A DNA stretch of 53,003 nucleotides from an uncultured Candidatus Saccharibacteria bacterium (GCA_964518135.1 CAZFEY010000002.1:1-53003), one strand, 5' to 3'; numbered from the stretch's first letter, positions 18,014-28,786 are shown. Notes: generated from the letters alone by a model not told the origin. Translations and numbers: made by a program.

Positions 18014-19104
18014 GTTTTTTGCTTCGTCATATAAAAAAGATGGATTGGATCATGATAACATCAGCTTTTTTATTGGCTGTGGCGGGCCTCGTGTTTCTAT
18101 ATGGATACTCTGTAAACAGGGGGGATTTTTCCAATTTTCATAAACAGATATTTTTTCTTGCGTTGGGGGTTTTCCTATTGTTTTTATTTAGTTTTATTGA
18201 TTGGAGAGTATTTAAACAGGATTCGTATTTGATTCTGGTAATTTATCTAATTTGTTTAATCTCTTTGGTCTTATTGCTTTTTTTGGCGCCAGAAATCAGA
18301 GGCGTTAGAAAATGGTATAAAGTTGGAGAATTTTCTATTGATCCAATAGAATTTACAAAAATAGCCCTTATATTGCTTTTGGCAAAATACTTTTCGACCC
18401 GACACGTTGAGATGTATCAGTTCAAGCACATATTTTTATCGGGTATTTATGTTTTATTGCCCATTATTTTTATATTTTTACAGCCAGACTTAGGTTCTAT
18501 CCTTGTGTTGCTTTCTCTTTGGCTTGGAATTCTATTGTTATCCGGCATAAGATTGCGCCATTTTTTAATCATATGTCTTTGCGGTATTTTGCTACTAGCC
18601 GCCGGCTGGCAATTTTTCTTAAAAGATTATCAGAAGGAAAGAATAGTCAGTTTTATTTTCCCGCAGACAGCAGATAGTTTGAGAATCGGTTGGAATCAAT
18701 TACAGTCAGAGATAGCTATTGGTAATGGTGGTTTCTGGGGCAAGGGATTGGGGAGAGGAACTCAAGTGCAGTACGGTTTTTTACCAGAGTCTCAAACGGA
18801 TTTTGTTTTCGCCGCCGTAGCAGAAGAAACAGGTTTTTTTGGGGTGTTAATTTTGTTTGCTTTGCTGTTTATTTTGATTTGGCGTGTAATTAGCGTTGCC
18901 TATTCAAGTTCGTCGAATTTCCCACGCTTATTTGCGTTGGGATTTTGTATTGTTTTGGTATCGCAGATAATTATAAATATAGGAATGAACGTTGGAATAC
19001 TGCCGATCATAGGTATACCGTTGCCCCTGGTTAGTTATGGTGGTGGCAATCTTGTCTTAACTTTCGTGGCAATAGGTATGTTGCAAAATATGCGATGCCG
19101 TTGA
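18010..19104 (+). CDS. SEDS-family peptidoglycan glycosyltransferase (FtsW/RodA)
   Basis: 364 aa, ~10 TM helices. 'PESQTDFVFAAVAEETGF' and 'GIPLPLVSYGG' signatures. 4-nt ATGA overlap with ligA. Confidence 0.9.
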   Translation: MSFLLRHIKKMDWIMITSAFLLAVAGLVFLYGYSVNRGDFSNFHKQIFFLALGVFLLFLFSFIDWRVFKQDSYLILVIYLICLISLVLLLFLAPEIRGVRKWYKVGEFSIDPIEFTKIALILLLAKYFSTRHVEMYQFKHIFLSGIYVLLPIIFIFLQPDLGSILVLLSLWLGILLLSGIRLRHFLIICLCGILLLAAGWQFFLKDYQKERIVSFIFPQTADSLRIGWNQLQSEIAIGNGGFWGKGLGRGTQVQYGFLPESQTDFVFAAVAEETGFFGVLILFALLFILIWRVISVAYSSSSNFPRLFALGFCIVLVSQIIINIGMNVGILPIIGIPLPLVSYGGGNLVLTFVAIGMLQNMRCR

Positions 19105-19149
19105 ATAAACTAACTCAATTTGCTATAAACTAATTATATCAATAACAAT

Positions 19150-21462
19150 ATGAGTGTTACGGAAAATCTGAATCAAAGGCCAATCGGGAAATTCAATTTT
19201 GTTTCTTGGGAAATTTTAGGCAAAATAGTTATTTGTTTAATAATATTCTTAATTCCTTTGTTTTTCCTTCCTTGGACATCGAATTACTTAGAGCTAAACA
19301 AGCAGGTGCTACTTTCTGTTTTGGTTTTTCTGGCCAGTGTTTTTATCTCTGTTAAATATTTATCTTCAGGAGGGTTAAAATTAAAGCCTACTATTATAGA
19401 TACGTCGGTGATAACTCTTGTAATTGTTTATGGGTTATCTGCGGCTTTTTCTGTGTCTCGTTATAATAGCTTTTGGGGTTGGCCATCGAGTATTGCGGAT
19501 AGCTTTACAACTCTAATTCTTCTAGTATTGCTGTATTTCCTTGTTGTTAAATTTTTCCACGGAAAGAAAAATGCGGTATTATTTTTGTCTTATTTGGCTG
19601 CGTCCGGCTTCCTAGCGGTGCTTTTCAATATTCTACAACTCTTCGGTAATTTTATTTTTCCTTGGGATATTACCAAAACTATTACCTTCAATACAATAGG
19701 GACGCCGTATTCCGTGGCTATATTCTCTGCGGTATTGCTACCGTTGATAATTACTTTAATTTTGCAAGCTACGAAAATAATAAGATGGTTATTATATGCG
19801 GCCGGATTGATTATTCTTTTGGGGTTGGTGATGATTAATTTTGCTTTTGCCTGGATAGTGCTAGCCATCGAAATGCTACTAATGTTTTTTATTGGTATGT
19901 ATGTTTTTGGCGCCAAAAATAGACTGCTTGTTGTTGCCCCTGTTGTTTTGCTTTCAGTTGCTATCTTTTTCACGGTATTAAAGATTGACCCATTTAGTTT
20001 TCTTGAGTTGCCCGTAGAAATAGCACTAAGCAATAGCACGACTATCGAAATTGCCAAGCACGCATTGCTATCGTCTTCTTTGCTTGGAACAGGACCCGGT
20101 ACGTTCACGTACAATTATGCCAGATTCAAACCGTTGGAAATCAATAATACGTCATTTTGGAATGTTCGTTTTGAATCCGGATCTTCAGAGATTTTTAACA
20201 AAATTATTACTGTGGGTATTTTCGGAACCATCTCTTTGTTGTTTATATTTATTTTGGTTTTGTGGTTTGGCACCCGACGCATTAAGGACATAATAACGGA
20301 AGGGGGAAATGATTCTGGGCTGTTGTTGTCTGGGGTGTTTACGGCTCTGGCCGGATTAATACTGGCTCAATTTTTGTATCCTATCAATTTTGTATTGTGG
20401 GCAATGTTTTGGCTTTTATTGGCACTGCTAGCCGTATTGATTGGAAAGGAAGAAATTGTTTCGGTTGAAAATCCAGAAGTGGGCACAACGATAAAAGTTT
20501 TCTTAGTATTAATTTTAATAACTATGTTTGGTTTTATTTTGGCTGGCGCTCCAAAGTATTTGGCAGAAATCAAATATTCCAGCGCATGGAAAAGCGATGA
20601 TCTTAATTCGTTAATGACAGATATTGGCAAGGCTATTGATTTGAATCCTTCGGTAGATCTTTATCGCAGAGAATTAGCAAGTGTTAGTTTGATGCGTATA
20701 CAAGAGATTATGGCCAATCAAGCAATATCGCCCGAGACAGCATTAGACGATATACGGAATTTGGCGTTGCAATCCTCTCAATCGATTGAGAAAGCGGTTG
20801 CCTTGAATCCAAAAAATATATCAAATCTGGTTTTTCGAGGAACGGTATACCAAAGCCTGATTGGTATAATTGATGGTGTTGATTTGGCCGCAATAAATGC
20901 TTACCGATCCGCTATTGAATTGGAGCCGTTAAATCCCTCTATCTTCACCGAAATTGGGCGTATATACATAGGAATATCGGATAATTCAGCGGAAGAGTCT
21001 CGAGAAAAGGAAACTAATCTAAAAATAGCAACGGAGAATATTGAGAAGGCAATATCTCTTAAGGCAGATTATCTGCCAGCATATTTTCTTCAGGCCGTGA
21101 TCGACGTGAGAAATGGTAAAACAGCAGACGCAATAAAGAAATTAGAAGAGCTTAAGATTGCATTGCCCGACGATGCCGATCTGGCATTTCAGCTAGGAGT
21201 TATGTATTATAACAATGGACAATTTGAAGAATCGAAGCCAGAGTTAGAGAGATCATTGGAACTTAATTCAAGCCTGGTTGGTTCTCACTACTTCTTAGGG
21301 TTGGTCGCGGATAAGGCAGGTGACAAAGAAGAAGCTATTCGCCACTTCGAAGTTTTAACAAAGTTAAATCCCGATAATAATAACTTTACGAAGATTCTGG
21401 AAAATTTACGCGCCGGCAAAGAAGCATTGGATGGTATTGGATTCAATGGGGTTGCGTTATAA
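19150..21462 (+). CDS. Polytopic membrane protein with C-terminal TPR repeats (O-antigen-ligase/Wzy_C-like, tentative)
   Basis: 770 aa. ~12 TM helices in the first ~460 aa, then at least 5 TPR-like repeats (AIDLNP..., AVALNP..., AIELEP..., LTKLNPDN). The family call is from architecture, not a verified motif. Confidence 0.55.
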   Translation: MSVTENLNQRPIGKFNFVSWEILGKIVICLIIFLIPLFFLPWTSNYLELNKQVLLSVLVFLASVFISVKYLSSGGLKLKPTIIDTSVITLVIVYGLSAAFSVSRYNSFWGWPSSIADSFTTLILLVLLYFLVVKFFHGKKNAVLFLSYLAASGFLAVLFNILQLFGNFIFPWDITKTITFNTIGTPYSVAIFSAVLLPLIITLILQATKIIRWLLYAAGLIILLGLVMINFAFAWIVLAIEMLLMFFIGMYVFGAKNRLLVVAPVVLLSVAIFFTVLKIDPFSFLELPVEIALSNSTTIEIAKHALLSSSLLGTGPGTFTYNYARFKPLEINNTSFWNVRFESGSSEIFNKIITVGIFGTISLLFIFILVLWFGTRRIKDIITEGGNDSGLLLSGVFTALAGLILAQFLYPINFVLWAMFWLLLALLAVLIGKEEIVSVENPEVGTTIKVFLVLILITMFGFILAGAPKYLAEIKYSSAWKSDDLNSLMTDIGKAIDLNPSVDLYRRELASVSLMRIQEIMANQAISPETALDDIRNLALQSSQSIEKAVALNPKNISNLVFRGTVYQSLIGIIDGVDLAAINAYRSAIELEPLNPSIFTEIGRIYIGISDNSAEESREKETNLKIATENIEKAISLKADYLPAYFLQAVIDVRNGKTADAIKKLEELKIALPDDADLAFQLGVMYYNNGQFEESKPELERSLELNSSLVGSHYFLGLVADKAGDKEEAIRHFEVLTKLNPDNNNFTKILENLRAGKEALDGIGFNGVAL

Positions 21463-21470
21463 ATACGTTG

Positions 21471-21499
21471 TTGACTTATTTTCGTTGAGAGTGTACAAT
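21471..21499 (+). promoter_or_regulatory. Sigma70 promoter (TTGACT-17-TACAAT) ~295 nt upstream of rpoB
   Basis: Hexamers read directly. Confidence 0.45.
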
Positions 21500-21793
21500 C
21501 TAAATTAGGCTGATTTTTTGTTTTCGGCTTGCATTTTTTTCTGGTTTTGATAACATAATCGTTATTAGTGTTTATATAAGACTAGGTGATCTCGGCTAGT
21601 TTTCGATAGATAGAATTAGCCACAGTTTTTAGACCAAAATTTCTTCTTTGGTTTAAGGCAAGTCAAATAAGTATTAGTTTACTTATTCTTGAATATTTTA
21701 TCCTTGCATACTTTTCGTTGGCTATATTTTTAATAATCATTTGTTTGAATCTTTTTCTGTTTTAACAGGGAGATTTTTTAAGTTTTAATCCGC

Positions 21794-24700
21794 ATGATTA
21801 ACGCCAAGACCAAGTATTTTGGTAAGTCGCAGGTTGTCCTCGATCTGCCCAATTTGCTTACTATCCAGAAAGATAACTGGAAGAAGTTTTGGGACGAGGA
21901 TTTGAAAGAGCTGCTTACTGAAATCTCTCCGATTAGAGATTATAGCGGAAAAGAGCTTGAGCTTTGGTTTTTGGATTACAAAGTTGGAGAATCTAAGTAC
22001 AAGGATGATTTTGAGGCGAAGAATAATAACGATTCCTACGAAGCCCCTCTCCGCGTCAAAGTTAGGCTTGTTAATCTTAAGACTAAAGAAATAAAAGAAC
22101 AAGAAGTTTTCTTGACTGATTTCCCCGTTATGACAGAACGGGGGACTTTTATTGTAAATGGCGTGGAAAGAGTGGCCATATCTCAACTTATTCGCTCTCC
22201 GGGAGTTTTCTTTACCATGCAGGGTTCTGGCGGAAAGAATCATTTTGGAGCTAAGATTATTCCCAATAGAGGATCTTGGTTGGAATTTGAGACAGAGCCC
22301 TCCGGTTTTATAGGAGTGAAAATAGATAGAAAGCGTAAGGTTTCTGCGGTTTGTTTACTGAGAGCTTTAGGAGCAGCGGAAGGTAATCAATCGATTAAGG
22401 AATATTTCGCAGACGTCAATAATGGCGAAGTTGATTTTATCGAAGAAACATTGAAAAGAGACCCAGTGAATAACCAGTCAGATGCTTTAATCGAAATATA
22501 TCAAAGATTAAGACCTGGAGATATTGCAACTCCAGATACCGCCAAAGAGCTAATATGGAATATGTTTTTTAATTTTGAAAGGTACGATCTTTCAAAGGTG
22601 GGAAGGTGGAGAATGGCTAATAGGTTATCGGAACAAATGACTATGGGCAATAAAGTAGATAGCAAGAAGAGCAAGAAAAAAAATAATAATGACGAAAGCG
22701 CAGTGTATGGAGAGATTAAGCTAGGGGATAGAATTTTAAAACTGGAAGACATTATTGCGACCATCCGCGAAATTATTAGACTGAATAATGATCCAAACAG
22801 CAGGCCAGACGAAATAGATCATCTTGGTAATAGAAGGGTAAGAGTTATTAATGAGCTAGTCCAAAGTCGTCTTAGGGCAGGGTTGGTGCGTATGGCAAGA
22901 ATTTTGAAAGACAGAATGTCGACTCTCGATTTGAGCGTCTTGACTCCCGCGCAACTTATTAATCCGCGTCCCGTAATGGCTGTTGTAAAAGAATTTTTTA
23001 CTTCTTCACAGATCTGCCAATTTATGGATAACGAGAATCCATTGGCAGAGGTAGAGCACAAAAGAAGGTTATCAGCAACGGGTCCAGGGGGCTTAGCAAG
23101 AGAAAGAGCGGGATTTGAAGTAAGAGATGTGCAAGCGTCCCACTACGGGAGAATTTGTCCTATCCAAACACCAGAAGGACCAAATATTGGACTGGTTGGT
23201 CATTTGGCTAGCTTTGCCAAAATTAATCCGTATGGCTTTATAGAAACTCCATATTTTAAAGTACAAAACGGGAAGGTAACTTCAGAGATTAATTACCTTA
23301 ATGCCTATGAAGAAGAAAAATACAATATTGCTCCAGGTTCAGTTCGCATAGGTGAAAAAGGGACAATGCTAGATGAGCAGGTAGAAGCAAGAATAAAGAG
23401 TGAGCCAGGATTAATAAATAAAAACACAATCGACTTCATAGATGTCTCTACGGAACAATCGATTTCCGTTGCTACTAGCTGTATTCCTTTCTTGCAAAAT
23501 ACAGACGCTAACAGAGCCTTGATGGGATCAAATATGCAACGCCAGGCGGTCCCTCTCTTAAAGCCAAATCCACCGTTGGTTTGTACTGGCGTTGAAGAAA
23601 AAGTTGCCAAAAATTCTGGACAGATAGTTTTAGCAGAAGAAGACGGAACGATAATGGAAGTGGATGCAGGTCATGTCAAGATAAAATTCTCTAACAACTC
23701 TACTAAAACCTATACCCTCAAGACTTTTATAAGAACAAATCAATACACGTGTTTTCATCAAAAGCCAGTCATTGAGGTTGGTCAGAAAGTTAAGAAAGGA
23801 GATGTTCTGACAGACGGCGGAGCAATTACTGATGGTAGATTGGCCTTGGGTCAAAATGTTTTGGTTGCGTTTTTGCCTTGGCGCGGAGGAAACTTTGAAG
23901 ATGCTATTTTGATATCAGAGAGATTGATCAAGGATGATGTTTATAGCTCTGTGCATATAGAAAGTTTTAATTGCGACGTTAGAGAAACGAAACTAGGGCC
24001 AGAAATAACTACTTGCGATATTCCAAATGTTTCCGAAGAGAAATTAAAAGACCTTGACGAAGAAGGAATAGTTAGGGTTGGCGCCGAGGTTGGCCCTAAC
24101 GATATTTTAGTGGGTAAGATTTCGCCCAAAGGAGAAACAGATTTAACCGCCGAAGAGAGATTGTTGAGAGCGATCTTTGGAGAAAAGGCCAAAGAGGTAA
24201 AAGATTCTTCTTTGAGAATGGAGCATGGGAAAAGAGGTAGGATAGTTGGCGTAAAGGTGTTTTCTCGAGAGCTTGGCCATAGATTAGAGCCAGGTGTTAT
24301 AAAAAGAATTGAAGTTGAAGTTGCGGAGTTAAGAAAAGTTCAGGCTGGAGATAAATTGGCAGGCCGCCATGGAAACAAAGGAGTTGTTTCTAAAATACTA
24401 CCAGAAGAAGAGATGCCATTTTTGGAAGATGGTACTCCTGTCGATATTATTTTAAATCCACTCGGAGTAGTATCAAGAATGAATATAGGCCAAATTCTGG
24501 AGACTCACTTAGGTTTTGCCGCAAAGAAATTGGGATTTATTGCCATCACACCGTCTTTGGCTGGTGCCACAGAAGAAGATATTAAACGAGAATTAAAAGA
24601 GGCTGGCATACCCGAAGATGGAAAAGTAGCTCTATTCGACGGCAGAACGGGACTTCCGTTTCCAGAAAAGATCACTGTCGGTTCTATCTACATGATGAAG

Positions 24701-25051
24701 CTGATTCATATGGTAGAGGATAAAATTCATATGAGATCCATAGGTCCTTACTCCTTGATTACGCAACAACCATTGGGAGGAAAGGCTCAATTCGGAGGCC
24801 AGAGGTTCGGAGAGATGGAGGTATGGGCCTTGGAAGGTTATGGCGCGGCTCATACTTTGCAAGAAATGTTGACCATAAAATCGGACGATGTGCCAGGTCG
24901 AGCCGCTACTTACGAAGCAATTTTGAAAGGTGAACCAATCAAAACTCCTAATGTTCCAGCTTCTTTTAATCTTTTGGTGAATGAATTGAAGTCATTAGGG
25001 CTAGGAATAGAGGTTAAAGAGAGTCCCAACGAAAAGGAAATCGAGGATTAG
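21794..25051 (+). CDS. rpoB: DNA-directed RNA polymerase subunit beta
   Basis: 1085 aa with conserved blocks (GTFIVNGVERV, RRLSATGPGGL, NMQRQAVPL, GRHGNKGVVSKI, GGQRFGEMEVWALE). Confidence 0.98.
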   Translation: MINAKTKYFGKSQVVLDLPNLLTIQKDNWKKFWDEDLKELLTEISPIRDYSGKELELWFLDYKVGESKYKDDFEAKNNNDSYEAPLRVKVRLVNLKTKEIKEQEVFLTDFPVMTERGTFIVNGVERVAISQLIRSPGVFFTMQGSGGKNHFGAKIIPNRGSWLEFETEPSGFIGVKIDRKRKVSAVCLLRALGAAEGNQSIKEYFADVNNGEVDFIEETLKRDPVNNQSDALIEIYQRLRPGDIATPDTAKELIWNMFFNFERYDLSKVGRWRMANRLSEQMTMGNKVDSKKSKKKNNNDESAVYGEIKLGDRILKLEDIIATIREIIRLNNDPNSRPDEIDHLGNRRVRVINELVQSRLRAGLVRMARILKDRMSTLDLSVLTPAQLINPRPVMAVVKEFFTSSQICQFMDNENPLAEVEHKRRLSATGPGGLARERAGFEVRDVQASHYGRICPIQTPEGPNIGLVGHLASFAKINPYGFIETPYFKVQNGKVTSEINYLNAYEEEKYNIAPGSVRIGEKGTMLDEQVEARIKSEPGLINKNTIDFIDVSTEQSISVATSCIPFLQNTDANRALMGSNMQRQAVPLLKPNPPLVCTGVEEKVAKNSGQIVLAEEDGTIMEVDAGHVKIKFSNNSTKTYTLKTFIRTNQYTCFHQKPVIEVGQKVKKGDVLTDGGAITDGRLALGQNVLVAFLPWRGGNFEDAILISERLIKDDVYSSVHIESFNCDVRETKLGPEITTCDIPNVSEEKLKDLDEEGIVRVGAEVGPNDILVGKISPKGETDLTAEERLLRAIFGEKAKEVKDSSLRMEHGKRGRIVGVKVFSRELGHRLEPGVIKRIEVEVAELRKVQAGDKLAGRHGNKGVVSKILPEEEMPFLEDGTPVDIILNPLGVVSRMNIGQILETHLGFAAKKLGFIAITPSLAGATEEDIKRELKEAGIPEDGKVALFDGRTGLPFPEKITVGSIYMMKLIHMVEDKIHMRSIGPYSLITQQPLGGKAQFGGQRFGEMEVWALEGYGAAHTLQEMLTIKSDDVPGRAATYEAILKGEPIKTPNVPASFNLLVNELKSLGLGIEVKESPNEKEIED

Positions 25052-25100
25052 TTTTTATAAATTTATTCTCGATAGAAAACAAACTAGTTTATAAATAGTC

Positions 25101-28100
25101 ATGAGAGTTCAAGACCTAGAAAAAATAAGAATTAAGATAGCTTCTCCTGAAGATATTTTGTCATGGTCCAGGGGAGAAGTTACTAAGCCTGAAACAATTA
25201 ATTATCGTACGCAAAGGGCAGAAAAAGATGGTCTTTTCTGTGAAAAAATATTTGGACCAGAAAAAGATTATGAGTGTTATTGCGGAAAATACAGAAGGAT
25301 TCGTTATAAGGGTATTGTGTGCGATCGTTGCGGGGTTGAGGTAACCAAATCTTTGGTTAGGCGAGAAAGAATGGGGCATATCAAACTTTCTTGCCCTGTT
25401 TCGCATATCTGGTTCCTAAAAGGAATTCCATCTAGGATGGGAATGGTTTTAGATATTTCAATGCAGCAGATAGAGAGGGTTATCTATTTTGCATCATATA
25501 TTATTACAAAAACCAATGACGAAGCCAGGAAGAACTATCTTGAGCAGATCGAAAAAGAATATATTCAGAAGGCAAAAGCCATTAAATCCACACTTAATAC
25601 GAAAAAGAAAGATGATAAAAAAGGAAAACAAGTAAAAAACAAAATTGATAAAAAAAGTACAAAAATAGTCGACGATAAATTGCAAGATCTCAAAGCCTTA
25701 AAAGATAAGGCCAAAGATGAATTAGTCTCACTTAAGCCGTTTAAAATACTATCAGAGCTGGAATACCATAATTTCTCTCTTAAATATGGTGAGGTTTTTG
25801 AAGCAGGAACAGGAGCTGAAATTCTGCGACAATTATTCCAAATAGTAGATCTAAAGCAGGAGATTAAAAAGATTAAAGCAGGATTGGAAGAGGTGTCGCC
25901 CCTTGCTCGCAGAAAATTGCTTGCAAGATTAAAATTCTTTCAGTCCATGGAATCAGCTGGCGTTAGGCCGGAATGGATGTTTTTGACCATGCTCCCGGTT
26001 TTACCGCCAGATTTGCGACCTATGGTACAGATAGACGGTGGCCGTTATGCTTCTTCAGACCTCAACGACCTTTACCGCAGAGTTATCAATAGAAATAATC
26101 GGTTAAAATATTTGTTGGAGATTGCAGCTCCCGATGTTATTGTTAGAAATGAGAAGAGGATGCTACAAGAGGCAGTAGATGCTTTAATTGACAATAAAAT
26201 GAGAAAGGGAACTATGACTCAGGCTACTACTGGAGGAAAAAGACTGCTTAAGTCTTTGACTGATATGCTAGAAGGAAAACAAGGAAGATTTAGACAGAAT
26301 CTTTTGGGTAAAAGAGTGGACTATTCGGGTAGGTCTGTTATTGTCGTAGGTCCCGAATTAAAGCTTCATCAATGCGGTATACCCAAAAAAATGGCATTAG
26401 AACTCTTCAAGCCATTTGTTATTCATAAGATCCTAGAAAAAGAGCTTGCATTTAATGTTAGGGGTGCAACCAGACTAATTGAAGAAGAAACAGATGAGAT
26501 CTGGGCTACACTAGAAGAGGTTACTAAAGACAAATTGGTGCTTTTAAACAGGGCGCCCACTTTACATCGTTTGGGCATACAAGCTTTTCAGCCGATTCTA
26601 ATCGAAGGAGAAGCATTAAGAATACATCCTTTTGTTTGTAGGGCTTTTAACGCTGATTTCGACGGCGACCAAATGGCTGTGCATCTGCCTTTATCAGAAG
26701 AAGCGCAGAAAGAAGCTAGGGAAATAATACTATCGACCAATAATTTACTTAAACCAGCTACGGGATTACCAATTGTCAGCCCAGACAAGGATATTGTTTT
26801 GGGTTGTTATTGGATGACCAGGATGTTGCGCGGAAAAATAGGAGAAGGTATGGTTTTTGGCAGTAAATCAGAAGCTATGTTAGCCCATGAATTTGGATTG
26901 GTGGATTTGAAGGTTCCAATTCAATTACGCATAAACGATAAATTTATTGAAACTAGCGTTGGAAGAATTATATTTAATGGAACATTGCCTGAAAACTTTG
27001 CTTTCTATAATGAAGTTATGGGCGCAAAAAATTTGGAAAGATTGATTAGAGGGATATTTGAAGAATATAGTAGGGATATTTTTCATGAAACATTGGACAA
27101 AATCAAGGCTTTGGGCTTTGAATATTCGACTTTGTCCGGAATAACTTGGGGCATGAACGATTTGATTGTGCCAGAAGAGAAAAAAGCGATCATTGAAGCT
27201 GCCGAAAAAGAAATAGCTGTTACAGAACTCCATTATCAGAAAGGTCTTCTTTCCAAAGAAGAAAAAAGAGATAAGGCTATTGAGATTTGGAATAAGGTAA
27301 AATCAGATATAGAAAAATTGGTTCCTAAAACTTTACCTAGCGAAGGTCCAGTATTTCAAATAGTAGATTCGGGAGCGAGGGGATCTTGGAATCAGCCCGT
27401 TCAGATGGCAGGTATGAAGGGTTTGGTGGTTAATCCCGCTGGTGAGACTATCGAGTTGCCAGTTAAGCATTCGTTTAAGGAAGGATTCGATGTTTTGGAA
27501 TATTTTATTTCTACTCACGGAGCTAGGAAAGGTACTGCAGATACTGCACTTAGAACTTCTACCGCGGGATATTTAACTAGGAGATTGGTAGATGTCGCTC
27601 ATGAGGTTATTGTTTCTGAAGAGGACTGTAGGGACGGTGATGGTATAGAAATTTTCAAGAAAGAAGCGGATGATATAGGTCAGAATTTAATTTTTAAAAT
27701 ACTTGGCAGGACTACTTTGGACGACATTAAGGTTAAAACCGATAAGGGCAATACCAAAACTATTCTTAAAAGCGGAGAGATTATTAATTGGAAAGTAGCG
27801 GAAACAATCGTTAGTAGTGGCCTCGAAAAAGTTAGGATTCGTTCACCATTGAGTTGTAAAACTATACGAGGCGTTTGTCAGAAGTGTTACGGTTGGGATC
27901 TGGGTCTTAGTCAGCAGATAAAATTAGGCGAAGCTATTGGCATTGTTGCGTCACAAGCGATTGGAGAACCTGGTACTCAGTTAACGATGAGAACCTTCCA
28001 TACAGGAGGTGTAGCTGGTGGTGGTGATATCACTTCAGGACTTCCAAGAGTACAAGAAATCTTTGAAGCGCGAGAACCAAGGGGAAGAGCTGTGATATCT

Positions 28101-28751
28101 CAAGTTGAAGGCAAGGTCATTGGTATTGCTTCCGATAGGACAGTTCGTATTAGCGTTAGAGAGGAATCCAAAACGAAAGCCACGAAGAAGGGCAAGAAAC
28201 AAGAGGTTGTTGAATACAGTATGCCGCAAAGAATGGCAATATTGGTGAATGTTGGAGATATAGTTCTTCCTGGCCAGCAATTGTGCGAAGGGTACGCTGA
28301 TTTAAAAGAGTTATTTAAATATACGGACATAGAAAAGACACAGAAGTATATTATTAGAGAAATTCAAAAGATTTATGTTTCTCAAGGAGCTACTATTCAC
28401 GATAAGCACGTTGAGGTAATAGTAAAACAGATGTTTTCTAGGGTGAAAATCAAAAATTCTGGCGATAGTTCTTTTGTCCCCGGAGAAATTCTTGAAAAAG
28501 CCAGATTTTTAGAAGTTAATAACTTGCTGAAAAAAGAGAATAAAAAATTAGCCATAGGTCAACCTATTCTGCTTGGTATGTCTCGGGTGGCTTTGAGCAC
28601 AGACTCTTTCTTATCAGCAGCTTCTTTCCAGGAAACTTCTCGAATTCTCATAAAAGCAGCTATTGAAGGAAAGGAAGATAGATTAAAAGGGCTTAAGGAA
28701 AATGTTATAATAGGTAAGTTGATACCGGCAGGTACAGGGTTTAAAAAATAA
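25101..28751 (+). CDS. rpoC: DNA-directed RNA polymerase subunit beta'
   Basis: 1216 aa. Zn motif 'CYCGKY...CDRCGVEV', catalytic 'NADFDGDQMAVH', trigger-loop and bridge-helix blocks. Confidence 0.98.
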   Translation: MRVQDLEKIRIKIASPEDILSWSRGEVTKPETINYRTQRAEKDGLFCEKIFGPEKDYECYCGKYRRIRYKGIVCDRCGVEVTKSLVRRERMGHIKLSCPVSHIWFLKGIPSRMGMVLDISMQQIERVIYFASYIITKTNDEARKNYLEQIEKEYIQKAKAIKSTLNTKKKDDKKGKQVKNKIDKKSTKIVDDKLQDLKALKDKAKDELVSLKPFKILSELEYHNFSLKYGEVFEAGTGAEILRQLFQIVDLKQEIKKIKAGLEEVSPLARRKLLARLKFFQSMESAGVRPEWMFLTMLPVLPPDLRPMVQIDGGRYASSDLNDLYRRVINRNNRLKYLLEIAAPDVIVRNEKRMLQEAVDALIDNKMRKGTMTQATTGGKRLLKSLTDMLEGKQGRFRQNLLGKRVDYSGRSVIVVGPELKLHQCGIPKKMALELFKPFVIHKILEKELAFNVRGATRLIEEETDEIWATLEEVTKDKLVLLNRAPTLHRLGIQAFQPILIEGEALRIHPFVCRAFNADFDGDQMAVHLPLSEEAQKEAREIILSTNNLLKPATGLPIVSPDKDIVLGCYWMTRMLRGKIGEGMVFGSKSEAMLAHEFGLVDLKVPIQLRINDKFIETSVGRIIFNGTLPENFAFYNEVMGAKNLERLIRGIFEEYSRDIFHETLDKIKALGFEYSTLSGITWGMNDLIVPEEKKAIIEAAEKEIAVTELHYQKGLLSKEEKRDKAIEIWNKVKSDIEKLVPKTLPSEGPVFQIVDSGARGSWNQPVQMAGMKGLVVNPAGETIELPVKHSFKEGFDVLEYFISTHGARKGTADTALRTSTAGYLTRRLVDVAHEVIVSEEDCRDGDGIEIFKKEADDIGQNLIFKILGRTTLDDIKVKTDKGNTKTILKSGEIINWKVAETIVSSGLEKVRIRSPLSCKTIRGVCQKCYGWDLGLSQQIKLGEAIGIVASQAIGEPGTQLTMRTFHTGGVAGGGDITSGLPRVQEIFEAREPRGRAVISQVEGKVIGIASDRTVRISVREESKTKATKKGKKQEVVEYSMPQRMAILVNVGDIVLPGQQLCEGYADLKELFKYTDIEKTQKYIIREIQKIYVSQGATIHDKHVEVIVKQMFSRVKIKNSGDSSFVPGEILEKARFLEVNNLLKKENKKLAIGQPILLGMSRVALSTDSFLSAASFQETSRILIKAAIEGKEDRLKGLKENVIIGKLIPAGTGFKK

Positions 28752-28786
28752 TATCGAACTTTTCTTCTGTATCTGCCAAAGAAATC

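Noticed and set aside
21785-22243. 152-aa minus-strand ORF overlapping the rpoB start. Similar long antisense ORFs occur at 19590-20114, 44798-45337, 49219-49680, 50218-50568, 47724-48167 and 22501-28819.
   Set aside because: All lie antisense to strongly conserved genes (rpoB, rpoC, uvrA, groEL, the membrane protein). They have low-complexity or unremarkable translations and no SD or promoter context, so they are treated as shadow ORFs.
25560-25730. Lys-rich low-complexity insertion in RpoC (KSTLNTKKKDDKKGKQVKNKIDKKSTK...) and a similar KKSKKKNNND stretch in RpoB (~22650-22700).
   Set aside because: Lineage-specific insertions in the beta and beta' subunits are common, and AT-rich genomes favour Lys/Asn runs. 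There is no sign of an intein or mobile insertion.
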